The notes: generated by a model from the sequence alone, not told the origin. Shown: positions 1 to 9,117, counted from the first letter of the stretch. The stretch is 64,000 nucleotides of DNA from an uncultured Acidimicrobiales bacterium (GCA_938038815.1 CALHTF010000056.1:559-64558); one strand, 5' to 3'. Program-made: numbers and translations.

Positions 1-46
1 GGAAACTTGCAGTCCGGAGGCTAGGTTCCCGCCACCTGGACTCCGG

Positions 47-84
47 GCGAGGAGCATCTTCGGATGCTCCTCGCTTTTCGTTTT
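47..84 (+). terminator. Rho-independent terminator of a + strand unit that begins upstream of the window
   Basis: Perfect 12-bp inverted repeat gcgaggagcatc (47-58) / gatgctcctcgc (63-74) around a ttcg loop, followed by ttttcgtttt (75-84). No + strand ORF follows. Confidence 0.8.
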
Positions 85-103
85 GGCGAGCGTTGGTGGC
101 GAG

Positions 104-2107
104 TTAGTCGAGCGTTGGGCGGCCGGTTGCGGTGACGACCAACAGGCCGTCGACAAAGACCTCTTTGTTCTCGACCGTGGCTACCTTCTCGGACCACTCG
201 TGGGTGATCAACGGATCGATCGTGCCCGCTTGTCGGGCGTCTTCGGTCAGTTCGGCGATCAGGAGCTCTAGCGCAGCGTCGCGGGCTCGTTCGACCGACC
301 CGAAGGTTGGCTGGTCGGCCAGGTGAACCCGGAACTGGCCTTTGGTCGGCTGACTCACGGTTGCTTGGCGGCGAAGGCGAACCCGCCCGACCACTGCGCC
401 GACCGCGTTCGCGACATCGCCATGTTCGGGGGTCACTGCAGTGGTGGCGAGCCGTTGGGCGGCGAGCGGTTCGTAGGCGGCCGCCGGCGCGCCGATCGCT
501 ACGACCGGGTGGCCGAGGCCAATCGAAACTTCGACCAGGCCTCGGTGTTGGGCCAGACCGGCGCTGGCGAGCACCGAGTGCTCGAGGCCGTCGCGCGCAG
601 CGGGAGTGCCGAGGTCGTCGCCGGCCAGTGCGGCCCGCAACAAGATGTCGGCCGACTTTACGATGACGTCGTCGACCACGAGTTGGGCGAAGGCCTGACG
701 AGACTCGGCCATCGGCGCGCCGTTGCTGCGACTCTGGCGGGCCAGTACCTCGGCAGCTTTGCCGGAGGCGGCCTCGTCGCCGAGGTGGTAGGTGCCGAGC
801 ACGTGGGAAGCATCGGTGGGCGTAAAGGCGGCGATCGCCACCGCGCCCCGAGCCCGCAACCGGGCGACGGCGTTGTGCGCCAGGCCCGTCGAGGTGAGGG
901 CGGCCAAGGGCTTGGGCGATCCGTCGAGTAGGTCGAGCACCGCTTGTTCTCGGTCGTCGTGCCCAGTGCGCCCGGTGCCCACCGGGACCACGAATCGTGC
1001 GTCGGTCGCCGCCTTCGGAGCCTCGCGCAACTGCCGGTCGAGGGTGTCGTGCACCAGCTGGGCATGGGAGACCGCCAACGTCGAGATCGGAATCGCTCGC
1101 TGCGGGCCGATGACAACCGGGCCGTCGTCGGCGCGGGTGTCGACCCGGACCTCGCTGTCGCCGCCGAGGCCCTCGGTAACCATGTCGACCGCCTCGACCA
1201 TCGTGCGGTGCCCAGCCACCAGGGCACCGGTCGAGGTGGTGCGGGCGACTCCGTCGATGATGACCGCGACGTCGGAGGTGGTACCGCCGATGTCGATCAC
1301 CAATCCGTCGGCGATATCGGTCAGGTGGCGGGCGCCGATGACGCTGGCGGCCGGGCCCGACAAGACCGTTTCGATCGGCCGCTTCACGGCGAAGCTGTCG
1401 GCGACCAAGGTCCCGTTTCCTCGCACGATCATCAGCGGCGCGTCGATCGCCAGATCGGTCATCGACGACTGCACCGCATCGATGAGTTCGGCGATCAGCC
1501 CTATGAGGCGAGCGTTGAGTAGCGCGGTCAGTGCCCGGCGTGGCCCGCCGAGTTGGGGCGAAAGTTCGTGGCTACACGTGACCGGGAGCCCGGTGCGCTC
1601 GATGATGTGGTCGCGCACCTGGTTCTCGTGGCCCGGGTTTCGCACACTGAACTGACCAGCGACGGCGAACCCCGAAACCCGGTCGGCGTGAGCGTCGATA
1701 ACCGCATCGAGGGCCTCGAGGTCGACCTCGCACAGCGGATTGCCGTGTGCGTTGTGCCCGCCCGGGACCGGACAGACAAACGAGTCGGAGACCTCGCCGA
1801 CGCCGGCGCGAGCAAGTTCGGTATCGGCGAAGCCAAGGGTGATGAGCGCTGCTGGCTCGCCCGAGCCCTCGACCAAGGCGTTGGTGGCGAGCGTGGTCGA
1901 CACCGACACGAGACGGATCAGCGTGCCGGGTTCATCGGTGTCGGTGAGCTGAGCCAACACGTTCGCCATCGCGCCCCGTACACCCACCACCAGATTGCCG
2001 TGGGTGGTCGGGGCCTTGACTTTGGCGATCAGTTCTTCGGTCGACTCGTCGAGCAAGGCCGCATCGGTGAAGGTGCCGCCGGTGTCGATTCCGAGCAGGT
2101 AAGTCAT
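104..2107 (-). CDS. Hydantoinase/oxoprolinase family protein (HyuA-like, actin-like ATPase fold)
   Basis: 667-aa ORF. N-terminus MTYLLGIDTGGTFTDAAL and internal VIDIGGTTSDVAV are the two phosphate-binding motifs typical of Hydant_A_N/Hydantoinase_A proteins. Its start overlaps the stop of the upstream ORF by 4 nt. Confidence 0.85.
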   Translation of the reverse strand: MTYLLGIDTGGTFTDAALLDESTEELIAKVKAPTTHGNLVVGVRGAMANVLAQLTDTDEPGTLIRLVSVSTTLATNALVEGSGEPAALITLGFADTELARAGVGEVSDSFVCPVPGGHNAHGNPLCEVDLEALDAVIDAHADRVSGFAVAGQFSVRNPGHENQVRDHIIERTGLPVTCSHELSPQLGGPRRALTALLNARLIGLIAELIDAVQSSMTDLAIDAPLMIVRGNGTLVADSFAVKRPIETVLSGPAASVIGARHLTDIADGLVIDIGGTTSDVAVIIDGVARTTSTGALVAGHRTMVEAVDMVTEGLGGDSEVRVDTRADDGPVVIGPQRAIPISTLAVSHAQLVHDTLDRQLREAPKAATDARFVVPVGTGRTGHDDREQAVLDLLDGSPKPLAALTSTGLAHNAVARLRARGAVAIAAFTPTDASHVLGTYHLGDEAASGKAAEVLARQSRSNGAPMAESRQAFAQLVVDDVIVKSADILLRAALAGDDLGTPAARDGLEHSVLASAGLAQHRGLVEVSIGLGHPVVAIGAPAAAYEPLAAQRLATTAVTPEHGDVANAVGAVVGRVRLRRQATVSQPTKGQFRVHLADQPTFGSVERARDAALELLIAELTEDARQAGTIDPLITHEWSEKVATVENKEVFVDGLLVVTATGRPTLD

Positions 2108-2664
2108 CGTCGTCGAAGTTCCTCAAGGTCATCGGGTGTGTCGATGTCGAGCGCTAGGTGAGCATCGGGTAATACCCGCACGGCGAGGCCGGTGCGGGTG
2201 GCCTCTTGTTTGTGTAACGCGAACGAGTTGGTGCCGTAGTGAAAGGTAAACGATGTCCCGGTGGGAATCGACATGACGTTGGTGCCGACCTCGCGCCGAT
2301 CCGGCACGATCGTGATGCCGTCAAAGTCGAGTAGGGCGTCGAACGATCGAGCCAACGGTAGGTCGCCGTGCGCAACCACCACCCGGTCGAATCCCAAGTC
2401 GGCCAGGTCGGCGACGGCTGCGGTGACCGCGCCATTGAGTCCGTGGCGGGGTTTCCAAATCACCCGAGCGCCCTGCGATGCCGCCCAGCGGGCAACCATG
2501 TCGTCGTCGCAAACCACGGCGGCCGGCAGTGGTGCCGCGGCAGCGACCACGGCGGTGGCCATCGACCGTGCGAGGGCGGCGCGTCCGGGCGGCACGACAG
2601 TATCGGCGAGCCGACTTTTGGCCAACCGAAAGGCCTTCACAGGAACGAGCAGCACAGGTACCAA
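2104..2664 (-). CDS. fbiD: 2-phospho-L-lactate/PEP guanylyltransferase (F420 biosynthesis, CofC/FbiD)
   Basis: 186 aa. Shows LLVPVKAFRLAKSRL at the N-terminus, HGDLPL, VPDRREVGTN and FHYGTNSFALH, which follow the CofC family pattern. Lies divergent to gpsA. Confidence 0.8.
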   Translation of the reverse strand: MVPVLLVPVKAFRLAKSRLADTVVPPGRAALARSMATAVVAAAAPLPAAVVCDDDMVARWAASQGARVIWKPRHGLNGAVTAAVADLADLGFDRVVVAHGDLPLARSFDALLDFDGITIVPDRREVGTNVMSIPTGTSFTFHYGTNSFALHKQEATRTGLAVRVLPDAHLALDIDTPDDLEELRRR

Positions 2665-2698
2665 AGCCTGCGCAGTCTAGGACGACTACGGTTGTTCC

Positions 2699-3700
2699 AT
2701 GGTCATTCACGTTGGTGTAGCAGGCGGCGGCTCATGGGGGACGACGGTGGCTTCTTTGGCGGCCCATAACGTTCCGACCCTTCTGTGGGCCCGAAATCAA
2801 GAGTCGGTCGACGACATAAACAACAACCATCAAAACAGCCGGTACTTGCCCGAGCTGTGGTTGCATCCCGACCTCAAGGCAACGAACGACCTCGGCGAGA
2901 TGGTGTCCCAAAGCGACGTGCTCGTGATGGGCGTGCCGTCCCAAGCGATGCGCGAGACCTGTCGTGAGGTAGCCGAGCACCTTCGGCCGTGGGTGCCGGT
3001 GCTGAGCCTCTCGAAGGGGCTCGAGCAAGGCACGATGCAACGAATGACCGAGGTGATCGCAGAAGAGTTGCCCGATCATCCCGTCGGTGTGCTCACCGGC
3101 CCGAACCTCGCCAAGGAAGTACTCAACGGCTACGCCGCGGCCGCCGTGGTGGCGATGGCCGACCTGTCGCTGGCCGAGCGGATCCAGCAGCTGTTCGTTA
3201 CTCCGACCTTTCGGGTGTACACCAACGACGATGTGATCGGCGCCGAACTCGGTGGGGCACTGAAGAACGTGGTGGCCCTCGCATCGGGAATGGCCGACGG
3301 GGTCGGCACCGGCGACAACACCCGGGCTGCGGTGATCACCCGGGGCCTGGCCGAGCTCACCCGCCTAGGTGTGGCGATGGGAGGCCGACCCGAAACCTTT
3401 GCTGGTCTCGCCGGCATGGGTGATCTCATCGCCACCTGCATCAGTCGCCAAAGTCGCAACCGGTTTGTGGGCGAGCGCTTGGGCCAGGGTCAGAGCCTCG
3501 ACGCGATCATCGAAGAGATGGACCAGGTGGCCGAGGGCGTGAAGTCGATTCCGGTCGTGCTCGAACTCGCCAAGCAGTACGGGGTCGAGATCCCGATCAC
3601 CGAGGAAGTTGCGCGAGTGGTGATCGACGGTGGCACCGCTGCCCAGGCATACAAGGGTTTGCTGAGGCGTCCCCCGACCACAGAATCTGACATTGGTTGA
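2699..3700 (+). CDS. gpsA: NAD(P)H-dependent glycerol-3-phosphate dehydrogenase
   Basis: 333 aa. N-terminal GGGSWGTTVA dinucleotide fold, NHQNSRYLP, GALKNVVALASG and a full-length GpsA-like layout. Confidence 0.95.
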   Translation: MVIHVGVAGGGSWGTTVASLAAHNVPTLLWARNQESVDDINNNHQNSRYLPELWLHPDLKATNDLGEMVSQSDVLVMGVPSQAMRETCREVAEHLRPWVPVLSLSKGLEQGTMQRMTEVIAEELPDHPVGVLTGPNLAKEVLNGYAAAAVVAMADLSLAERIQQLFVTPTFRVYTNDDVIGAELGGALKNVVALASGMADGVGTGDNTRAAVITRGLAELTRLGVAMGGRPETFAGLAGMGDLIATCISRQSRNRFVGERLGQGQSLDAIIEEMDQVAEGVKSIPVVLELAKQYGVEIPITEEVARVVIDGGTAAQAYKGLLRRPPTTESDIG

Positions 3701-5223
3701 ACCAAAGTACGGGTATGAGTTTTCTTCGACGCGGGCTCAAACGAGAAGCCGCTATCGCCGACCGGTCGCAACGCCTCGCCACGGTGGTCGCCACCGACCC
3801 TGAAGGCCCGTGGCCGTTGTGGGTTCTTCGCGAGGCCGACCCAGGCTCGTCGCCGGTGGAACCGTTGGGGGCGCTCGACGCTGGCCCGGTCGCCTATGTC
3901 GACGAACGAGGCCTGATCAGTTGGGACGGTGGCCGCTGGTCGCTCGACTGGTGGGTCCGAACCGAAGAAGGCTGGCGGTACCCGAGTCGAACCCGGTCGG
4001 TGCGCCAAGAGATCGGTGCCGTCCCGGTAGTTCAGACCAGCTTCGCCGTGCCGGGCGGAAGCCTCGTCGCTCTGGTGTACGCCGTGCAGGGCCAAAAGGG
4101 CCCGGGTCTTGTCATCGCCTACGAAAACCAATCGGGAACTGCCATTGCGTTGGCGTTGGCCTTGCGGCCGATCGACAACGACGGGTTGGGTATCGCCGAG
4201 ACGGTCAAGGTCTACGACGGCACTATTGCGGTCGATGGCGTCAAGGTTCTCCGGGCCGACCGCACGCCGGCTGCGTCGGTGGCCGCCACCGACTTCGCCG
4301 CGCTGGCCGCAGGCGTGGAGCGAGCCAACGTCGAAACCTCGACCGATGCCACCTCGCCCGACGGGCGTGCCCAGGCGGCGCTCATCTTCCCTATGCCGCA
4401 CTCGTCGAGGCTTCAGGTGTTGCTCGGTGCCGACCTCGCCTTGTCGACGGTGCCGAGTCTGGAAGCGGTTTCAAAAGGTTGGACCGCCCACCTCGACCAG
4501 TTCTTCTCCGTCGAGGTTGAGGGCGACGATATTGGCGAGCGACTCGCCACCCAGACCCGGCGGCTCGCCACCTCGATCCGCAAAGGCCGGGTGGTGCGAC
4601 CTCGCAACGCCGTCGAAGATTGGACCCTGGTCGAAGACCTCACGGTTGCCGAGTCGTTGCTCGCCGCCGGCGACACCAACGTCGCCGCCGAACTCGTGAT
4701 GGCGTCGCTCGACTCCGACCGCTTGCTGGCGTTGACCAACCGCGAACGCGAGGCGGCGTTCAACTCGTTCACTCGGCTGTGGCAATTCAGCCGCCGGCCC
4801 GAGCTGCTTGAAGCTACCGAAGAATCGCTCGACGTGCCGCTCGAGGTGCTTGCTGGCGCAACGCCGCCACCCGCGGGGTCAGATTCGAAGGCGTGGCCGG
4901 TGGTTGCCGCCCGAGAAACCGCAGCGTTGCAAAACGTGTTTGTGTCGGTCGCCGGTGGCGAACTCCATCTGCTCGGAGGCTTCGACATTGCGTGGCGGGG
5001 TCGCACGATCGATGTCCGCAATGCCCGTACGCCGTTCGGTCGGATCTCGTACTCGCTTCGTTGGCACGGTGAACGCCCTGCACTGTTGTGGGAGCTAGAG
5101 CCGTTCGGACCCGAGACGAACGACGCCAACCCGAGCTTTGTGGTTCGGGTGCCCGAGCTCGACGATTCGTGGTCGTCGACCGAACGGGCAGGCGAGGCCT
5201 TGCTCGCACCCCAACCCGTCTAG
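3697..5223 (+). CDS. Hypothetical protein (508 aa, no recognisable domain)
   Basis: Long ORF with protein-like composition. The TTG at 3697 overlaps the gpsA stop (alternative ATG at 3715). The antisense ORF 3490-4401 is R/G-rich and looks spurious. Confidence 0.65.
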   Translation: MNQSTGMSFLRRGLKREAAIADRSQRLATVVATDPEGPWPLWVLREADPGSSPVEPLGALDAGPVAYVDERGLISWDGGRWSLDWWVRTEEGWRYPSRTRSVRQEIGAVPVVQTSFAVPGGSLVALVYAVQGQKGPGLVIAYENQSGTAIALALALRPIDNDGLGIAETVKVYDGTIAVDGVKVLRADRTPAASVAATDFAALAAGVERANVETSTDATSPDGRAQAALIFPMPHSSRLQVLLGADLALSTVPSLEAVSKGWTAHLDQFFSVEVEGDDIGERLATQTRRLATSIRKGRVVRPRNAVEDWTLVEDLTVAESLLAAGDTNVAAELVMASLDSDRLLALTNREREAAFNSFTRLWQFSRRPELLEATEESLDVPLEVLAGATPPPAGSDSKAWPVVAARETAALQNVFVSVAGGELHLLGGFDIAWRGRTIDVRNARTPFGRISYSLRWHGERPALLWELEPFGPETNDANPSFVVRVPELDDSWSSTERAGEALLAPQPV

Positions 5224-5226
5224 TCC

Positions 5227-5928
5227 ATGGCCACCGTTCGACCGCTCCGCAAGGCGCTGAAGGCAAAGTCGCCGGGTCTGTCGCTCGAACGGGAGTACTG
5301 GGACCAAGGGCACGAGGTGGTGGTAGGCATCGACGAAGTCGGTAGGGGAGCGTGGGCTGGCCCGCTCACCATCGGCGCCGTCGTGGTGCCTCGCGACAAG
5401 CGGCTCTACAAGGTTCGAGATTCAAAGATGCTGACCGAGACCGAACGCGAGTCGATGTTCGGCCGCATCGTCGATTGGTGCGAAGGTTGGGCGATTGGTC
5501 ACGCCTCGGAACGCGAGTGCGACGAACTCGGCATGTCGGCGGCCCAAAAGCTGGCGACCAAGCGGGCCTTGGCCGACCTGCCGGTGCCGGCCACCGCCGC
5601 GCTGGTCGACGGCAAGTGGGATTTCGTCGAGACGATCCCCACCACGCTCATCGTCAAGGGCGACCAAAAATCGTTGTCGATAGCTGCGGCATCGATCCTG
5701 GCGAAGGTCACCCGCGACCAGATGATGCGGGAGTTCGCCACGACCTACCCGGGGTACGACTTCGAGCGAAACAAGGGGTACCCGTGCCCGCGCCAACGCG
5801 CCGCACTGCAAGCGTTCGGACCGACCCGGCTCCATCGGAGAAGCTGGGCGTTCGTCGACGACGTTCCCTTCAACGGGGTCACACGAATCCCTCCCGCCAA
5901 CGCGCAACCCACCCTGTTCGACACCTAA
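5227..5928 (+). CDS. rnhB: Ribonuclease HII
   Basis: 233 aa. Shows GIDEVGRGAWAGPL (DEVGRG catalytic motif), DSKMLTE, and SIAAASILAKVTRD. Confidence 0.95.
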   Translation: MATVRPLRKALKAKSPGLSLEREYWDQGHEVVVGIDEVGRGAWAGPLTIGAVVVPRDKRLYKVRDSKMLTETERESMFGRIVDWCEGWAIGHASERECDELGMSAAQKLATKRALADLPVPATAALVDGKWDFVETIPTTLIVKGDQKSLSIAAASILAKVTRDQMMREFATTYPGYDFERNKGYPCPRQRAALQAFGPTRLHRRSWAFVDDVPFNGVTRIPPANAQPTLFDT

Positions 5929-5942
5929 ACCGGCCCCACACC

Positions 5943-6009
5943 CCGAACTGGGGAGGAAACGTGTACCTAGAGGTACGCGTACGCGGGCCAGTTCGGTGGG
6001 TTTTGGCCC
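5943..6009 (+). terminator. Branched hairpin with T-tract downstream of rnhB (terminator-like)
   Basis: CCGAACTGG (5943-5951) pairs with CCAGTTCGG (5988-5996). The 36-nt loop holds the palindromes GTACCTAGAGGTAC (5963-5976) and GCGTACGC (5977-5984). The stem is followed by tgggttttgg. Confidence 0.4.
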
Positions 6010-6033
6010 GGGGCGGGATTGTAGGGTTGGCGG

Positions 6034-6438
6034 GTGACGAAGCTGTTGTGGGTAGTTGTTGGCTGGACGCTCTTTAGCTGGTCGACCCGACTTCGAAACA
6101 TCGTCGGCGACGACTCGCTCACCGGCGGACCCCGTGGTTTCGCGTTGTTGGTCGCGGCGGTGTTCCTTATCGGTGCGATCGCCCTGCCGCTCGTCGCCCG
6201 GTTCCGGCCCGCTCGGCTCAGCACCTACGCCAGCGTCGCGGGCGGGGTAACCGCTGCGTGGTGGGCGATGCGGCTCGTGACCAACCTGCTGGGCGATGGC
6301 TCGGTCGGATTCAAAGTGGTGCACACGGTATTGGCCGTGACCTCGATCGGACTCGGACTTCTGGTGATGCGCCGGATGGCCGACGCAACGAAATCGGTCC
6401 GAATGCCCGCACGGCCCGGCGACACCACTACTATCTAG
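6034..6438 (+). CDS. Hypothetical integral membrane protein (about 4 TM)
   Basis: 134 aa with four hydrophobic stretches (e.g. LLWVVVGWTLFSW and FALLVAAVFLIGAIALPLV). GTG start. No known motif. Confidence 0.55.
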   Translation: MTKLLWVVVGWTLFSWSTRLRNIVGDDSLTGGPRGFALLVAAVFLIGAIALPLVARFRPARLSTYASVAGGVTAAWWAMRLVTNLLGDGSVGFKVVHTVLAVTSIGLGLLVMRRMADATKSVRMPARPGDTTTI

Positions 6439-6441
6439 GCC

Positions 6442-6759
6442 ATGGGGCAACCTGTAACCGTCATCGAAAAGCCCTCATCACGTGCCGGAGTTGTGCGTTA
6501 TGAGATCAACCGCAGCATCACCGGTATGGGCCACGAGCGTTATGTCTCGGGCACCGAGGTGACCGGCGATCGTCCGGCCGACGAGTTGGCGCGCCGACTC
6601 TTTGAGCGGGGCGGGGTCGATGCGATCCATGTCAACAGCAACGTGATTACTCTCGACCTCGACGGCTCGGGAACCGAAGGCATTAGCGAACTCATCACCG
6701 AGTTGTTTACCTTCTACCGTCCGGGCGTGCCGGTGCCCACCGAAGCAGACTTCGCGTAA
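6442..6759 (+). CDS. NifU/Nfu N-terminal-domain-like small protein
   Basis: 105 aa. The pattern LARRLFERGGVDAIHVNSNVITLDL resembles the Nfu_N scaffold domain. Starts 4 nt after the previous ORF. Confidence 0.55.
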   Translation: MGQPVTVIEKPSSRAGVVRYEINRSITGMGHERYVSGTEVTGDRPADELARRLFERGGVDAIHVNSNVITLDLDGSGTEGISELITELFTFYRPGVPVPTEADFA

Positions 6760-6767
6760 CCCGCTGG

Positions 6768-7424
6768 TTACAACACGTGTTGCTGCAGCCATGTGTACAT
6801 GGCGATGCCGCTGGCGACCCCGGCGTTGATGCTGCGGGTCGAACCGAACTGGCTTATCGAGCACAACTGCTCGACGTGTTCACGAGCCACGTCGGATAGC
6901 CCCGGCCCTTCCTGGCCAAACAGCAGCACGCAGTCGGCGGGCAGGTCGACCGACTCGAACGGCTGGGAGCCAGGCAGGTTGTCGACCCCGACGATCGCCA
7001 AGCCTTCGGCGCTCGCCCATTCGACGAATCCTTCGATGGTTGGGTGGTGGCGAACGTGCTGGTACCGGTCGGTGACCATTGCTCCTCGCCGGTTCCAGCG
7101 CTTCTTGCCAACGATGTGAACCTCGGCGGCGAGGAAGGCGTTGGCGTTGCGAACCAGGGTCCCGATGTTGAGGTCGTGCTCCCAGTTTTCGACCGCAACG
7201 TGAAACGAATGACGACGAGGATCAAGGTCGGCGACGATTGCCTCGCGCGACCAATAGCGATAGCGATCGACGACGTTGCGTCGGTCGCCTTCGGCCAGCA
7301 GTTCAGGGTCGAGGCGGTCGTCGTCGGGCCAGGGCTCGGGGTGTGGGCCAACGCCAACCGTGGGACGCGGGACGAACTCGGGCTTTGCATTCTCGTCGGT
7401 CATGCTGGTCCTAGCTTGGCCCAA
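6768..7424 (-). CDS. TrmH/SpoU family RNA 2'-O-methyltransferase
   Basis: 218 aa. Shows NIGTLVRNANAF, LLFGQEGPGLS and SLNAGVA-like STRSINAGVASGIAMY (SpoU motifs 1-3). An alternative start lies at MTDEN (7403). Confidence 0.85.
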   Translation of the reverse strand: MGQARTSMTDENAKPEFVPRPTVGVGPHPEPWPDDDRLDPELLAEGDRRNVVDRYRYWSREAIVADLDPRRHSFHVAVENWEHDLNIGTLVRNANAFLAAEVHIVGKKRWNRRGAMVTDRYQHVRHHPTIEGFVEWASAEGLAIVGVDNLPGSQPFESVDLPADCVLLFGQEGPGLSDVAREHVEQLCSISQFGSTRSINAGVASGIAMYTWLQQHVL

Positions 7425-7466
7425 CTGGGTTCAACTTTGGGTGCTGAGCGCTTGACGGCCAACCGA

Positions 7467-7480
7467 TGTAAACGCTTACA
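7467..7480. promoter_or_regulatory. LacI-family operator (TGTAAACGCTTACA) upstream of the alpha-glucosidase gene
   Basis: 14-bp near-palindrome of the TGnAAnCGnTTnCA type, 42 nt upstream of the start at 7522. TTGACG (7452-7457) lies just upstream. Exact reverse complement of the site at 10199-10212. Confidence 0.7.
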
Positions 7481-7521
7481 CTGCTCGGGCGCGCCGCGAT
7501 CGCGCCATCGGGAAACGAAAG

Positions 7522-9117
7522 ATGGACATGACCGACACCACCCCACGCCCACCCGCCACCGCCTGGTGGGAGAACGCCATCGGGTACGAGATCTACATCC
7601 GATCCTTTGCCGACAGCAACGGCGACGGCATCGGCGACCTGGCCGGCATCGAAAGCAAGCTCGACCATCTGGCCTGGCTCGGCGTCGATGTGGTCTGGAT
7701 CACGCCGTTTTATCCGTCGCCGATGGCCGACTTCGGCTACGACGTTGCCGACTACGTGGGCGTGGAGCCGCAGTTCGGCACCCTTGCCGACTTCGACGCC
7801 GTTGTCGAAAAGGCCCACGCGTTGGGTATGAAAGTCGTTATCGACATCGTGCCGAACCACTCGAGCGATCACCACGAATGGTTCGTCGATGCCCTTACGG
7901 GCAAAGACGCCCGGCACCGCGACAAATACATGTGGGCCGACCCAGCAGCCGACGGTGGGCCGCCCAACAATTGGGTGAGCCACTTCGGCGGGCCAGCATG
8001 GACCTTCGATGAGGCGAGTGGCCAGTACTACCTGCATCTGTTTTTGCCCGAGCAACCCGACCTCAACTGGCGTAACCCCGAGGTGCTCGATGCGTTCGAC
8101 GAGATTCTCCGGTTCTGGATGGAGCGAGGGGTCGATGGCTTCCGTATCGATGTGGCGCACGCCCTCATCAAAGACGAGAACCTCACCGACAACCCGTTGG
8201 CGAAACCACTCGAAGAGAACATGCACCCCATGGAGCTGTTCTACGCGTACGACCACAAACACGACCTCACCCAGCCCGAAGCCCTCGACGTTTATAAGCG
8301 GTGGCGGGCGGTCGTAAAGCCGTACGACGCCATGCTTCTCGGCGAGACCTACACGCTCGATCCCCAACAGTTGGCCAAGTACCTTCGCGACGACGACGGG
8401 CTGCACGCTGGGTTCTGGTTTAAGCCAATGCGTATGGAGTGGTCGGCGCCCGACATCCGCGACATCCTCATGGCGCCGACCCAGCACACCGATCGTGGTT
8501 TGGCTTGGGTGCTGAGCAGTCACGACGACCCGCGGCCGGTCACCCGGTTTGGTGGGGGAGCGGTGGGCGAGCGACGGGCCTTCGCTCTGACGACCTTCAT
8601 GTTCGGGCTTCCGGGTATGAACTTTTTGTACCAGGGCGAAGAGCTGGCGCTACCGAACGGCGTGGTCGACCCGGCCGACGCCGCCGACCCGGTGCAAACC
8701 CGCAACGAGGGGGCCATTGGGCGCGACGTGGTCCGGACCCCGGTCCCGTGGGACGAGTCGGCCCACCGTGGGTTCACCACCGGCGAGCGCCCGTGGCTGC
8801 CGATCGGACACGATGACCCTGCCCACTCGATGGCGGCCCAAAAGGCCGACCCCGATGCGCCGATCCACGGGTACCGGGCGTTGATTGCGTTCCAGAAGCT
8901 GGTCGTGGCCGAAGCGGGTACCGCCCCGATCGAATGGCTCGAAGCCCACGACACCGTCGTCGGGTTCCGGCGAGGCCCGCTGACCTTCCTGCTCAACGTG
9001 GGCAATGAGCCAAGTGGCTTGCCGCCGCAATGTAGTGATGGCGAGGTCGTGTTCGCCAGCACGCTGGCCGAAGCCGGAACCATTCCTGCCAACGGCGCCC
9101 TGGTCATCCGGGCATAG
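7522..9117 (+). CDS. GH13 alpha-glucosidase / oligo-1,6-glucosidase family
   Basis: 531 aa. Shows YEIYIRSFADSNGDGIGDL, GVDGFRIDVAHAL (nucleophile Asp), LLGETY (acid/base Glu) and VLSSHDDPR, the four conserved GH13 regions. Confidence 0.95.
   Translation: MDMTDTTPRPPATAWWENAIGYEIYIRSFADSNGDGIGDLAGIESKLDHLAWLGVDVVWITPFYPSPMADFGYDVADYVGVEPQFGTLADFDAVVEKAHALGMKVVIDIVPNHSSDHHEWFVDALTGKDARHRDKYMWADPAADGGPPNNWVSHFGGPAWTFDEASGQYYLHLFLPEQPDLNWRNPEVLDAFDEILRFWMERGVDGFRIDVAHALIKDENLTDNPLAKPLEENMHPMELFYAYDHKHDLTQPEALDVYKRWRAVVKPYDAMLLGETYTLDPQQLAKYLRDDDGLHAGFWFKPMRMEWSAPDIRDILMAPTQHTDRGLAWVLSSHDDPRPVTRFGGGAVGERRAFALTTFMFGLPGMNFLYQGEELALPNGVVDPADAADPVQTRNEGAIGRDVVRTPVPWDESAHRGFTTGERPWLPIGHDDPAHSMAAQKADPDAPIHGYRALIAFQKLVVAEAGTAPIEWLEAHDTVVGFRRGPLTFLLNVGNEPSGLPPQCSDGEVVFASTLAEAGTIPANGALVIRA

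Noticed and set aside
5961-6077. 38-codon ORF starting at a GTG four nt after a GGAGG inside the nested-palindrome element.
   Set aside because: It overlaps the start of the following membrane-protein gene out of frame, its product has no distinctive features, and the SD-like sequence may be coincidental within a GC-rich stem region.
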